From NCBI GenBank assembly GCA_046538485.1, contig JBKHIT010000002.1, positions 135,672 to 199,671 on the forward strand: a DNA stretch of 64,000 nt. Reading direction: 5' to 3'. Position numbers and translations under genes: made by a program. Position 1 is the first letter of the stretch, and the number at the start of each line of letters is the position of its first letter. Positions 1 through 9,494 of this stretch are shown here, piece by piece. Source of the DNA: Candidatus Brocadiia bacterium. GTDB lineage: Bacteria; Planctomycetota; Brocadiia; SM23-32. Below the pieces are notes generated by a model. The model had not been told where the DNA came from. It saw only the letters and a program-made list of their open reading frames with translations, and searched no databases.

Positions 1-480
1 GTCGGTCAAAATCTCGGGGCCGGGAAAAAGGAACTTGCCCGCCGCGGAGTTGAACTGAGTGCGCGCTTTGTGGCCGGTGTCATGCTCATTCCAATGATTC
101 TGCTTGTGACGCAAGGCCACTACGTCGGGCAACTGTTTACAGACAATGTGGAAATTATCAAAGAAGCGACGAAATTTTTCCGCATAGTCCCCGCTTCTTC
201 CTACTGTTTTGGGGTATTGATGGTTTTGCTGGCTGCATTTTACGGGTCAGGTCATACGCGCCCCGCGATGTTTGTTCATATAGTAAGGCTCTGGATTTTG
301 CGTTTGCCTCTTGCGTATACTCTGGGTTATATACTGGGATTTGGTAGCCGTGGCATTTATTTTGGCATGGTGGCAGGAAACATTATATCGGCCGTGATGA
401 CGTATGGTCTTTTCCGCCTGGGAAAATGGGAATCAGCTGTTGTCGGCGGGGAATTACAATCGGAGAAAGAAAAAAAATGA
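1..480 (+). CDS. MATE family efflux transporter, C-terminal part (5' end outside window)
   Basis: Frame is open from base 1 (VGQNLGAG..., a MATE motif); hydrophobic helices and GSGHT...RLPLAY...GIYFG pattern. Confidence 0.85.
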   Translation, partial: VGQNLGAGKKELARRGVELSARFVAGVMLIPMILLVTQGHYVGQLFTDNVEIIKEATKFFRIVPASSYCFGVLMVLLAAFYGSGHTRPAMFVHIVRLWILRLPLAYTLGYILGFGSRGIYFGMVAGNIISAVMTYGLFRLGKWESAVVGGELQSEKEKK

Positions 481-682
481 ACGGAGTATAGCTTGCACTT
501 GGACTCACCCTGTTCGCCGGGATGGCAACGGGCATCGGTAGTATCATTGCCTTCTTCGCCCGCCGCAGCAATTACCGTTTCCTGTCGGTTGCAACAGGCT
601 TTTCGGCCGGGGTCATGATAGTCTCATCGGTCTCATAGCCGGTATGGTCGTTATGGCCCTGAGCCTGTTGATTATGAAATGA
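477..682 (+). pseudogene. zupT: ZupT-like ZIP transporter pseudogene (nonsense codon plus large internal deletion)
   Basis: ATG overlaps the MATE stop (ATGA). [46 protein letters not shown] resembles the ZupT N-terminus; in another frame [23 protein letters not shown] resembles the C-terminus; the two join at GGTCATGA (611-618). Confidence 0.85.
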
Positions 683-740
683 TGCTGTGACAGGGGCAAA
701 GCGCAGCCTCTGGCTTTATATAAGCAAATCTGAAAACGGG

Positions 741-1727
741 TTAGCTGTCAGCGGTTGTGTAGACGCCGAGTTCTCTATAGCGCTCGTAACGTTGTTCCAG
801 GACGTCTTCGATTGCCAAATTGCTCAGCTCATCCAGAGTTTTGATTATATAGCGGCGAATATTTTCGGCCGTGGCGTTTTTATCCCTGTGCGCTCCTCCG
901 ATTGGCTCTTCAATAATTTCATCGACTACTCCAAATTCGAGCATATCATTGGCGGTTAGTTTCAGAGCCCGAGCGGCATCTTCGGCCTTTTCGGATTCTC
1001 GAAAAAGGATAGCTGCACACCCTTCCGGTGAAATCACGGAGTAGTATGCATTTTGAAGCATGCCATGTCTGTCCCCAACACCGACGCCCAAAGCTCCGCC
1101 GCTGCAACCTTCACCCGTTACAACAATGATAATAGGCGTTTTAAGGCCTGCCATGCGATAGATATTTTCGGCAATTGCCATGCCCTGACCACGTTCTTCG
1201 GCTTCGACAGCCGGGGCGGCTCCCGGGGTGTCGATAAGGCTGAGGACGGGAAGGCCAAATTTTTCTGCCTGACTCATTTTCGCCAGAGCTTTCCGGTAGC
1301 CCTCGGGTTGGGGCATGCCGAAATTGCTTTTCATTTTTTCCTGGGTATCACGGCCTTTATGTTGGGCAATAAGCATCAGTCGCCGGTTTTCGATGGTTGC
1401 AAAACCCGTGATAATCGCGTGGTCATCACCGAAACCACGGTCGCCGTGGAGTTCAATAAAATCATCAAAAAGTAACGGAATATAGTCGCGGGACTGAGGT
1501 CGTTGAGGATGTCGTGCGAGCTGAACTCTTTGATATGGAGTAAGGTCCGACATTATTTGGCCTAAGGCCGCGTCACGTTCTTGTTCCAGCGCTGATATTT
1601 TCTCACGAAGTTGTTCACCGTTTTCCTCGTCCAACTGCTGTTGGAGTTCCTCAATTTTCTCATCGAGTTCCCGAACAGGCTCCTCGAAATCGTAATAAAA
1701 TGGGCCTCGGCCAGCCTTTTTTGCCAT
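741..1727 (-). CDS. accA: Acetyl-CoA carboxylase carboxyltransferase alpha subunit
   Basis: ARHPQRP, LHGDR, NFGMPQPEGYRKA, DTPGA, YSVISPEGCAAIL motifs; start set at MAKKAG. Confidence 0.95.
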   Translation of the reverse strand: MAKKAGRGPFYYDFEEPVRELDEKIEELQQQLDEENGEQLREKISALEQERDAALGQIMSDLTPYQRVQLARHPQRPQSRDYIPLLFDDFIELHGDRGFGDDHAIITGFATIENRRLMLIAQHKGRDTQEKMKSNFGMPQPEGYRKALAKMSQAEKFGLPVLSLIDTPGAAPAVEAEERGQGMAIAENIYRMAGLKTPIIIVVTGEGCSGGALGVGVGDRHGMLQNAYYSVISPEGCAAILFRESEKAEDAARALKLTANDMLEFGVVDEIIEEPIGGAHRDKNATAENIRRYIIKTLDELSNLAIEDVLEQRYERYRELGVYTTADS

Positions 1728-1825
1728 TGGGAACGATAACTCCTCAAGATGAAGACCTGTTGGGCAATGGGGCGAGTGCGGCCTTATCCCCAATCCGGTC
1801 CGAATATTTTAGGAGTCGGGCGGTT

Positions 1826-1854
1826 TTGAATCAAGCCGTTATGGGGCGTATAAT
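1826..1854 (+). promoter_or_regulatory. Sigma70-type promoter for ribD
   Basis: TTGAAT-17 bp-TATAAT, about 45 bp upstream of the likely GTG start. Confidence 0.7.
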
Positions 1855-1898
1855 TGCGATCTACACTCTTGTGTTCTTCTCTGCATTTTGAGGTCGAC

Positions 1899-3134
1899 GT
1901 GAAAAACTTCTCTGAATTCGATGTCCGATGTATGAAACGAGCACTTCGATTGGCCTGCAAAGGGAAGGGATATGTGGAGCCCAATCCTATGGTCGGGGCT
2001 GTAGTGTCGAAAAACGGGAAGATCATTGGCGAAGGGTACCACGCGGGTTTCGGAAAACTTCATGCGGAGATTGAGGCATTGAAGGACGTCGTGGCCAAAG
2101 GAAACGATCCTGACGATGCAACGATGTACGTGACGCTGGAGCCTTGCGCGCACGAAGGGAAAACCCCGCCCTGTGCACCTGAGATTGTTGAGGCTGGTCT
2201 TTCACGCGTGATTATTGCGACCGAAGATCCGCTGTGGGCATATCATGCTCATCGCGAATCGGGGGACATCGAAAAAAGAAGAGGGATTGAAGTTCTCAGC
2301 CAGAATGGCGTTGAAACCGCCTGCGGTCTTTGCAGCGGCAAAGCATTAATGCTCAATGCGCCGTTCTTTAAAAGGTTTGCAGAAGACCTTCCGCTTGTGA
2401 CGGCAAAATGGGCCATGAGTGTTGACGGGAAAATTGCCACACGGACGGGAGAGTCGAAATGGATCAGCGGTCCGGAAAGCCGCCGAATCGTACATGAGAT
2501 TCGGGGACAGGTCGATGCCGTGATAATCGGGAGCAGTACGGCGATTCAGGACGATCCTATGTTGAATTGCCGGGATGCAGAAACCCGTCGGGAGGCTCTA
2601 CGTGTCGTTCTCTGCGGGAACACGCTACCGCCCAGAGAATGCAGATTGGTGCAAACGGCACGAGAGTTGCCTGTCTTGATCGTAACAACCTGCAAGAGGA
2701 CGGAAGAGGAGTTGGCTTATCTGCGGGGAGCAGGTTGCGAGGTGCTGCAGGTTGCTCCATCGCCATCCGGAGCCAACACAGTTGACTTACGGGGCATGCT
2801 GGAGCATCTCGCCGGACGAGGGGCTTCGCGGGTCATGGTTGAAGGGGGACGAGAGGTTTTTGGTAGTTTTTTCGACGGGGAACTGGTCGATGAGGCGGTT
2901 ATTTTCATTGCGCCGATCGTTATTGGAGGACGTGACGCCGTGACAGCCGTCGGCGGAATAGGAGATGAGACGGTGGAAGAGTCGATGTCGTTGCTGGGCC
3001 CCATATTGACTGATGAAGAACTCGGGGATCTGCCGGCAAAACCATGTGTGAGCATTCAATCGGTGGGACCAGATATCCTCGTTCGGGGGTGGGTTAAAGA
3101 TCCGAGGCAGTGGTTTAACGGCAAGACAGGCTGA
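1899..3134 (+). CDS. ribD: Bifunctional riboflavin biosynthesis deaminase/reductase
   Basis: PNPMVGA, HAE, TLEPCAHEGKTPPC, SVDGKIA, VEGG motifs; GTG start with GAGG upstream. Confidence 0.95.
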   Translation: MKNFSEFDVRCMKRALRLACKGKGYVEPNPMVGAVVSKNGKIIGEGYHAGFGKLHAEIEALKDVVAKGNDPDDATMYVTLEPCAHEGKTPPCAPEIVEAGLSRVIIATEDPLWAYHAHRESGDIEKRRGIEVLSQNGVETACGLCSGKALMLNAPFFKRFAEDLPLVTAKWAMSVDGKIATRTGESKWISGPESRRIVHEIRGQVDAVIIGSSTAIQDDPMLNCRDAETRREALRVVLCGNTLPPRECRLVQTARELPVLIVTTCKRTEEELAYLRGAGCEVLQVAPSPSGANTVDLRGMLEHLAGRGASRVMVEGGREVFGSFFDGELVDEAVIFIAPIVIGGRDAVTAVGGIGDETVEESMSLLGPILTDEELGDLPAKPCVSIQSVGPDILVRGWVKDPRQWFNGKTG

Positions 3135-3297
3135 AAAGCCGTTTCGAGCGCTACCGGTCCTGTGTTATACTGTAGTTTCGGGGATAATGTGAGTTTTGAA
3201 TAACATTGTCTGCCAACGGTTATCGTTTGCATTTCCCCGAGGCAAGGTCGGGTGCCCGGGTTGCCTGACCCTCCTGGAGCTTTAATTTTAAGAGAGC

Positions 3298-3978
3298 ATG
3301 ATGAGTGGACAAGGACTGATATTTCAGATTTACGTGACGCTACGGCAGGAATTTGGTCAGCAAAATTGGTGGCCGGCCGAAACACCGTTCGAAGTGATGG
3401 TTGGGGCAGTGTTAACTCAGAACACGAACTGGCAAAATGCAGAGGAAGCTATCAAAAACTTGCGGGGTGCGAATTTGCTGGATCCGACGGCTCTGGCAAA
3501 GACGGATCCCGAAAAGATCCAGGAACTGATTAAACCGGCAGGTTATTACCGACAAAAAGCGGCGAGGTTGAAAAGGCTGACCGACTGGGTCATGAAACGT
3601 TTTGTCCCGGGAGATACGGAGTTCGGAGCAATTCAGTGGGAACCAGCCGATGTGCTTAGAGAAGAACTGCTTGCCATAAACGGGATTGGTCCGGAAACGG
3701 CGGATAGTATTCTTTTGTATGCGCTGGAGAAACCTGTGTTTGTGATTGATGCATATACGGTAAGGATTCTGGGCCGGCACGGTCTAATAACTGGTGAGGC
3801 TGCTTACCAGGAGGTCCAGGAAGAATTCCAGTACCGTTTACCCCCTGATGTGGAGATTTATAAGGATTTTCACGCGCAGCTTGTGGAGCTGGGGAAACGT
3901 TTTTGCAAAAAAAGCTCCCCAAAATGTGAAGAGTGTCCCGTCCGCCCTCTGCTTGGCTTACCGGAGATTGAGTTTTAA
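3298..3978 (+). CDS. Endonuclease III-like HhH-GPD DNA glycosylase
   Basis: WWPAETPFEVMVGAVLTQNT, HhH LLAINGIGPETAD, VIDAY, C-terminal Cys cluster. Confidence 0.9.
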   Translation: MMSGQGLIFQIYVTLRQEFGQQNWWPAETPFEVMVGAVLTQNTNWQNAEEAIKNLRGANLLDPTALAKTDPEKIQELIKPAGYYRQKAARLKRLTDWVMKRFVPGDTEFGAIQWEPADVLREELLAINGIGPETADSILLYALEKPVFVIDAYTVRILGRHGLITGEAAYQEVQEEFQYRLPPDVEIYKDFHAQLVELGKRFCKKSSPKCEECPVRPLLGLPEIEF

Positions 3979-4157
3979 AATGCGCGATGCAATGGGGGGC
4001 AAAAAGCTTTTTTTGCAAGTCGGACATGTTGCGGCGTCCAGCCGAAAAAGGATAAAATATAAAGAGAAGTTTTTCGGCTATATGTGACAAGTAAGCGTCG
4101 GGTTCTCGGGGTGTTTTTGTTGATGAAAGAGGCATTTAAGGCGGTGTAAAACATTCT

Positions 4158-7100
4158 ATGAATGCTAAAATTTGCTCCCGGTGCGGCAAGCCAATTCCGG
4201 ACGATGCGCGGATCGAAAATAGACTGTGTCCGCACTGCGGAGTAACCCTTGAAGAAAGTTCGAGTTCTCGGAGCCGATCCACTACAGAGCCCGTTGATTA
4301 CGATCAGGAAAGTTTGGAAGAGGACTACGAAAATATCGGTGCGGGAGACGTCGTACAGGGCTTTCAGATCGAGGAAAAAGTTGGGGGGGGCGGCATGGGG
4401 GTCGTCTACCGTGCCAAGCAGCTATCGTTGAATCGGCCGGTTGCTCTCAAAGTTCTTCCCAAAAAATACGCAACGAACCGGGAATTTGTGAGCTTTTTCG
4501 ACAGCGAGACAGAAACCCTGGCGTCGCTGAATCATCCAAACATTGTCAGTATTATTGATCGCGGGCACGAAGGGGATACGTATTTTTTTGCCATGGAATA
4601 TGTTGAGGGAACCACGCTCAAACGGGTTGTGGAGGAGGGCAAAGCCACGGTGGACTTTGTATTGCGGATCCTCCGTCAGGCCGCTCGGGCCTTGCGGTAC
4701 GTTCATTCAAAAGGAATCATTCACTGCGATATCAAACTCGGCAATATAATGCTCGACGAACGAAAAAACGTGAAAATTGCCGACTTTGGTCTGGCTCGAA
4801 TTCTTGCCGGAGGAGAACCGGAAGAAGACGAGGGACGCGTCATAGGAACCCGGGGCTATATGCCTCCGGAACAACAGCAGGATATCGCTAACACGGACGA
4901 AAGAAGCGATATCTTCTCGCTGGGGGCTGTTATTTACAGGTTGCTGACCGATCATCTCCCCTTTGATCTCCCTCCGGATTCTGTTGAGAAATACCGTCCC
5001 GGGATAGATGATCAGTTAAATCGCATTGTTATGAAGTGTCTTGAAAAAGATCGAGCTGACCGTTTCCAGACGGCAGATGAATTGCTTTCGGCTGTTGACG
5101 ATTACCGGAACGAATTGACGCTCGTGCGCAAAAAGTGTCCGCGGTGTGGGAGCGCCAATCCGATGGAAGAAGATGTTTGTCTCAATTGCGGGGCCGATCT
5201 TTCCATTTTGCTCGATGTGTGCCCGGAATGCGGTGCGGAAAATCCGCCTGAACAGGTTGAATGTAGCGTTTGCGGAACGAATCTTCGCGAACGGCGCAGC
5301 CAGTTAGCCACCGATATAAGTCGTGCGTTTGACCGTGCGCGTAGCCTGGCGGCCGTTGGTAAATATCTCGCGGCTGTTGAAGAACTTGAGTCGGTGACAC
5401 AAATTAAGGGGAGTTTGTTCGTATATGCCCGCGAGCAGGCCGAGAATCTTATTCAGAAATATAAAGATCAACAGCGTGAAGAGTGTGAGCGAGCTCTTAA
5501 GAAAGGCAAAAAACTGGCCCGTAATGGACAACTTGGCCTGGCGGTCGAGGCCCTTGAAAATATGCCCGGGGGGGGAGCGGAAGCCGAGAACGTTGAGGAA
5601 CTGATCTGCAAAATCCGCAAGGTGATGGATAAAAGTGAACACCGGGTGCAAAACGCTATCGAACAACTCGAGAAATACGAATGCGAGAAAGCCGAAGCGC
5701 TTATTGATAAGGTGAAATCTGATTGGGCAACATGCCCGGGACTCAGCGATGCACGATACAGGTTACAGGCGATTCGTCAGACGCGACAATTAATTATTGA
5801 CGAGTTGAAAGAGGTCGATGGCTGGCTCGCGCAAGGGGATTATGAGAAGGCGCGATCTGCGCTGAGTTCTCTTGGTGAGTCTATGCCTGAAGATCCTATT
5901 CTCGAAGCGAAATTCAGGGAGATTCAACTGCGTGAACGACGGCCTCAGCTTGAGACATTCATTCAGGAGGCCCGGGAGGCCGAAAAAAAAGGATTACCGG
6001 AATTGGCACGCCGGAAATGGAAACGAGCTGCTGAACTGTTCAGTGAGGATGAGCCGTATCGCGAGAAACTTCTTAGCAAAGCCGAAGCTACCCGCCAGAA
6101 TGCGGAAGGTGAGTCGAAACCTTTATTGCTTGATGAATCGAATACGGAACCCAAACAAGCGGGACTTCGAGTTTCAAAAAGTCAGCATTCGTCACGGTGG
6201 TTTATAGCGGGTGCAATAGCACTGTTTATACTGCTGGTCGCTGCCGCTGTTTATATGACCTATGGTCGTCCTGGGCCTGGAAGCTTTGCCAATGAGATGC
6301 CGCCGCAAGCAAAGGGTAAAGTGGTTCTGGGAGAGGAGAACGGCGACGGAAAGCAGGAAACTCGAAATAACGATGACGATGAACCATTCCCAAAACCCAA
6401 GGACCAGAGGTTTTTTGTCGATCATTTTGGTTCTGGAAAAGCCGAGGACTGGAATTTTCAGAGGGGCACATGGATCGTTTCATCAATTGGACGGCGAACC
6501 TTGCGTTCGATTACCGGAGAAGGCCCCTCGCTCGCAACGCACAAGTATTTCGATGAAAAAAATTGTGATATTAGCGTTTGGTGCCGACTTGACGCAGCGC
6601 GGGGCGAGAATGCCAGCGTGGCTCTGGCCGGGAGGCGACGGAAGAACTCAGAACTCAGAGTCGTTGTTCGCAAAAGGAATGAGGCTTATGAAGCACAGTT
6701 TGTCGGTATAATGAAGGGGCAAATTATCGTAAAGAATCCACCGACCAAACTGCCTCTGCCCGCGAATATGCCTTTCGATGGGGAAATACAGCTCCAAGCC
6801 GTTGACAACGATGCCATTGCAAAGGTCGACGGTGAGGAAGTCGGACGATTTAGGAAACTGCCGGATGCCTTGTGCAAAACCGGAGGCGTTGGCTTGCGGG
6901 CGAATTCGTGCCGTAGTTCCTGGGACGACATAGAACTCCAGGCGGCGCGTGAACTTGAGTTTGTCGCGCAAGAAACCGAAATCAAAAAATCGCCTCTCAA
7001 ACCCGAGCCTGAAGAAGAAAGATTGCCCTCGCTTGTTGAGATGAAACCGGCTCCGAATACGCGGCCGGCAAACCTGGTGAATTATTCGATAGGTTTAAGA

Positions 7101-8183
7101 CAAAGTTTCACACACAACAACGCGGGCTGGAAGCCCCAAAAAGGCAAATGGGAAGGAATCGGGGGGCGATATCATTTCGATGGCAAAGGAACAGGTCTGA
7201 GCATATGCACCTTGGGGGCCTTCGGGGAAATGGAAATCCGCACCAGTATGAGAGCACGAAGGGGCAGCGGAGACCCTGGGAAACAGGTTGTCGGAGTCTA
7301 CGCCCGCTATCAGAATTCCGACAATTACATATTTTTCGGAATGGTAGGGGCGCGCAAGAACGAAAAATCGGGTTGGGATGTCCAGTTGAAAGCACGAAAA
7401 GATGGCGAAGAAACCGTCCTGACGGTCCCCGGAGGGCCTTATGTTTCCCCCGCAGATCAACGGATAGACATCCGTCTGACCGTTGCCAAGGGCCGAGTAT
7501 CAGGGGAGTTTAACGGTCAGACTGTCCTCAGTATGGAAAACGTGAACCTTCACGCTCCTGCAGGAGGGGCTATCGGCTTGGGAGCGCGGAATGTGAGTGT
7601 TTCTTTTGCACAGACCATTTCCCGTGCCGTTCAGCCGGCCGAAAGCAGCGAGCCGATGCTGAGCGGATTAAATCTGGATGTCCCCGACGAGACGAAACCT
7701 CTTCGCACGGATCCGCCCGCGCTGTGCGGTCTCAAAGGGCGGAACCGATACCACATTTTGCTGAACAATGTGGAAGCGGTTGAAGGAGCTATATCCTTGC
7801 GTGCGAGACTTCAGAACCTTGAAAGTAACGCGAACGTTTCCCTCTGCGCCCGCGATCTTCGCGAACCAAGACAGATGGTTGCCGGGGCTGTGGAGTTTGG
7901 CCGGACGATCGGGGGGGAAGCTCGTTTGCTGGGAAAAATTAGCCCGGATGAAAGAACCCTTGAGGGTGTCTACGCGCGGAAAAAGTTCGACAAATTAGAT
8001 GGGGAAGAGCCGCTTGAAATAAAATTGGAGTTGCGAAAAGGAAAAGCTGTCTTGTGGGTAAACGGTAAAAACGCGGTTGAGTACAGCGGCGGGAAAGCTC
8101 CCATACCGTCAAAAGCCGGGCGCTGGGGTTTTACGAGTTCTTATTGTTATGCCACGATCGATCGAATCGAATTGCAATTCTAG
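4158..8183 (+). CDS. Membrane Ser/Thr (Hanks-type) protein kinase with zinc ribbons, helical region, one TM helix and extracytoplasmic lectin-like domains
   Basis: GGGGMGVVY, VALK, HCDIK, DFG, GYMPPEQ, SDIFSLG; several CxxC pairs; TM WFIAGAIALFILLVAAAVYM; repeated W..GxW beta-rich C-terminal units. Confidence 0.9.
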   Translation: MNAKICSRCGKPIPDDARIENRLCPHCGVTLEESSSSRSRSTTEPVDYDQESLEEDYENIGAGDVVQGFQIEEKVGGGGMGVVYRAKQLSLNRPVALKVLPKKYATNREFVSFFDSETETLASLNHPNIVSIIDRGHEGDTYFFAMEYVEGTTLKRVVEEGKATVDFVLRILRQAARALRYVHSKGIIHCDIKLGNIMLDERKNVKIADFGLARILAGGEPEEDEGRVIGTRGYMPPEQQQDIANTDERSDIFSLGAVIYRLLTDHLPFDLPPDSVEKYRPGIDDQLNRIVMKCLEKDRADRFQTADELLSAVDDYRNELTLVRKKCPRCGSANPMEEDVCLNCGADLSILLDVCPECGAENPPEQVECSVCGTNLRERRSQLATDISRAFDRARSLAAVGKYLAAVEELESVTQIKGSLFVYAREQAENLIQKYKDQQREECERALKKGKKLARNGQLGLAVEALENMPGGGAEAENVEELICKIRKVMDKSEHRVQNAIEQLEKYECEKAEALIDKVKSDWATCPGLSDARYRLQAIRQTRQLIIDELKEVDGWLAQGDYEKARSALSSLGESMPEDPILEAKFREIQLRERRPQLETFIQEAREAEKKGLPELARRKWKRAAELFSEDEPYREKLLSKAEATRQNAEGESKPLLLDESNTEPKQAGLRVSKSQHSSRWFIAGAIALFILLVAAAVYMTYGRPGPGSFANEMPPQAKGKVVLGEENGDGKQETRNNDDDEPFPKPKDQRFFVDHFGSGKAEDWNFQRGTWIVSSIGRRTLRSITGEGPSLATHKYFDEKNCDISVWCRLDAARGENASVALAGRRRKNSELRVVVRKRNEAYEAQFVGIMKGQIIVKNPPTKLPLPANMPFDGEIQLQAVDNDAIAKVDGEEVGRFRKLPDALCKTGGVGLRANSCRSSWDDIELQAARELEFVAQETEIKKSPLKPEPEEERLPSLVEMKPAPNTRPANLVNYSIGLRQSFTHNNAGWKPQKGKWEGIGGRYHFDGKGTGLSICTLGAFGEMEIRTSMRARRGSGDPGKQVVGVYARYQNSDNYIFFGMVGARKNEKSGWDVQLKARKDGEETVLTVPGGPYVSPADQRIDIRLTVAKGRVSGEFNGQTVLSMENVNLHAPAGGAIGLGARNVSVSFAQTISRAVQPAESSEPMLSGLNLDVPDETKPLRTDPPALCGLKGRNRYHILLNNVEAVEGAISLRARLQNLESNANVSLCARDLREPRQMVAGAVEFGRTIGGEARLLGKISPDERTLEGVYARKKFDKLDGEEPLEIKLELRKGKAVLWVNGKNAVEYSGGKAPIPSKAGRWGFTSSYCYATIDRIELQF

Positions 8184-8284
8184 CCCGGATTTTACGGATA
8201 ATTGGAACCTGCTATTGTCAAGGCGCACGGTCCTTGTTTACTGGCTACCGCTAAAAACGCTTCTCAACCAAAAAATGCAGGCTT
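8181..8284 (+). mobile_element. MITE-like element, copy A
   Basis: Starts TAGCCCGGATTTT, ends AAAATGCAGGCT (degenerate inverted repeat); homologous to 60207-60306 (minus strand), with 21 identical bp GCCCGGATTTTACGGATAATT. Confidence 0.7.
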
Positions 8285-8399
8285 GCCCCGGTCGTTTATC
8301 AGATGTTTGTGTGTCTTTTATTGTCATCGTCAGCTCTGTCGAGACTCTACAAACGTTGTTGCTTTCGGTCAGGATAACAACGGTAAGTGTCACGACCAC

Positions 8400-8428
8400 T
8401 TGACCGCTCTCCGGTCGCGTGATATCTT
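8400..8428 (+). promoter_or_regulatory. Sigma70-type promoter for HIT-ferritin-trxB genes
   Basis: TTGACC-17 bp-TATCTT with extended TG. Confidence 0.55.
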
Positions 8429-8462
8429 GCAATTTGTGGCTTTTCCCGGAGACAGGACGACT

Positions 8463-8882
8463 ATGAATGCTGAAACTGAGTGTGTTTTTTGCCAGATCAT
8501 TGCTGGAGATATCCCGGCCGCAACCCTGATTGAAACGGAGAAAGTTCTGAGTTTTCTGGATATCGCTCCGGTCAATCCCGGTCACGCTCTGGTGATTCCT
8601 AAACGCCATGTCGAGACGCTCCTGGATCTCACACAGGATGAACTACACAAGCTGGTTTTTATGGTCCAGCGCATTGCCCGGGCTACGACGACTGCTACGG
8701 ATGCTGATGGGTTTAATGTGCTTCAAAACAACCATGAATGTGCGGGTCAGGAAATTCCCCATCTCCATTTTCACGTCATCCCGCGTTTCTTCGACGACGA
8801 CTTCAAATTCGGCTGGCGACAACAAAGCTACGAAGAAGGGGAAATCGAATCGTTGCAGCAAGATGTCAAGAAGTTGCTGTAA
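8463..8882 (+). CDS. HIT family nucleotide hydrolase
   Basis: CVFC, PGHALVIPK, AGQEIPHLHFHVIPR histidine triad. Confidence 0.95.
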   Translation: MNAETECVFCQIIAGDIPAATLIETEKVLSFLDIAPVNPGHALVIPKRHVETLLDLTQDELHKLVFMVQRIARATTTATDADGFNVLQNNHECAGQEIPHLHFHVIPRFFDDDFKFGWRQQSYEEGEIESLQQDVKKLL

Positions 8883-9016
8883 CTTCCAGAAGGCCCAAAA
8901 TGTAGCAGCCGGCGGGGTGAGGTTTGTCTCACTTTTGTGAATCCCACCCGAATGTAAGGACTTCTCGATTTGGTGTTTTTATGCCGATACCATTGTTATT
9001 TGCGAAAGGTTGATAA

Positions 9017-9460
9017 ATGGACAAGAAACAAATACTCAAGGCAGCGATAAAAAAAGAAGTCGAGGCGCATGATCTCTATGCGGATATGGCTGAAAGAACC
9101 GACAATCCGGGAGCGCGTTCTCTGCTTGAGGATCTCGCTGAAGAGGAAGACGGCCATCGCCAGCTTCTGGAAGGCCTGTCCGCCGAGGAAATTGATAAAT
9201 TCACCCCTCCTGAAAAACGGGATCTGAAACTTACGGAACATCTCAAGTCCAAACCTCTTAAAGAAAATAGCAGTCTGCAGGACGTTCTGGTTCACGCCAT
9301 GGAACGTGAAAAAAGGGCTCGCGAGTTTTATGAAACGATGGCGCAATCGACCGATGGTAAGACGTGGAGTACGCTTTTCGGTAAACTCGCGAAAATGGAA
9401 AATACACATAAAGCGCGCCTGGAGGAGTTTTACGAAGAGGTTTTTCTTCAGGAAATGTGA
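9017..9460 (+). CDS. Ferritin-like/rubrerythrin family protein
   Basis: Two E..Y and ExxH di-iron motif sets (EEDGH, ENTH). Confidence 0.85.
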   Translation: MDKKQILKAAIKKEVEAHDLYADMAERTDNPGARSLLEDLAEEEDGHRQLLEGLSAEEIDKFTPPEKRDLKLTEHLKSKPLKENSSLQDVLVHAMEREKRAREFYETMAQSTDGKTWSTLFGKLAKMENTHKARLEEFYEEVFLQEM

Positions 9461-9494
9461 CGCACCTCCGGATAAGTAAAGAAGGAGTTCAACA

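Noticed and set aside
1855..1898. FMN riboswitch before ribD
   Set aside because: The predicted leader is only about 40 nt and lacks RFN motifs.
3178..3282. Structured leader before the EndoIII-like gene
   Set aside because: Two modest hairpins after an extended -10, with no recognisable riboswitch motif; too weak to call.
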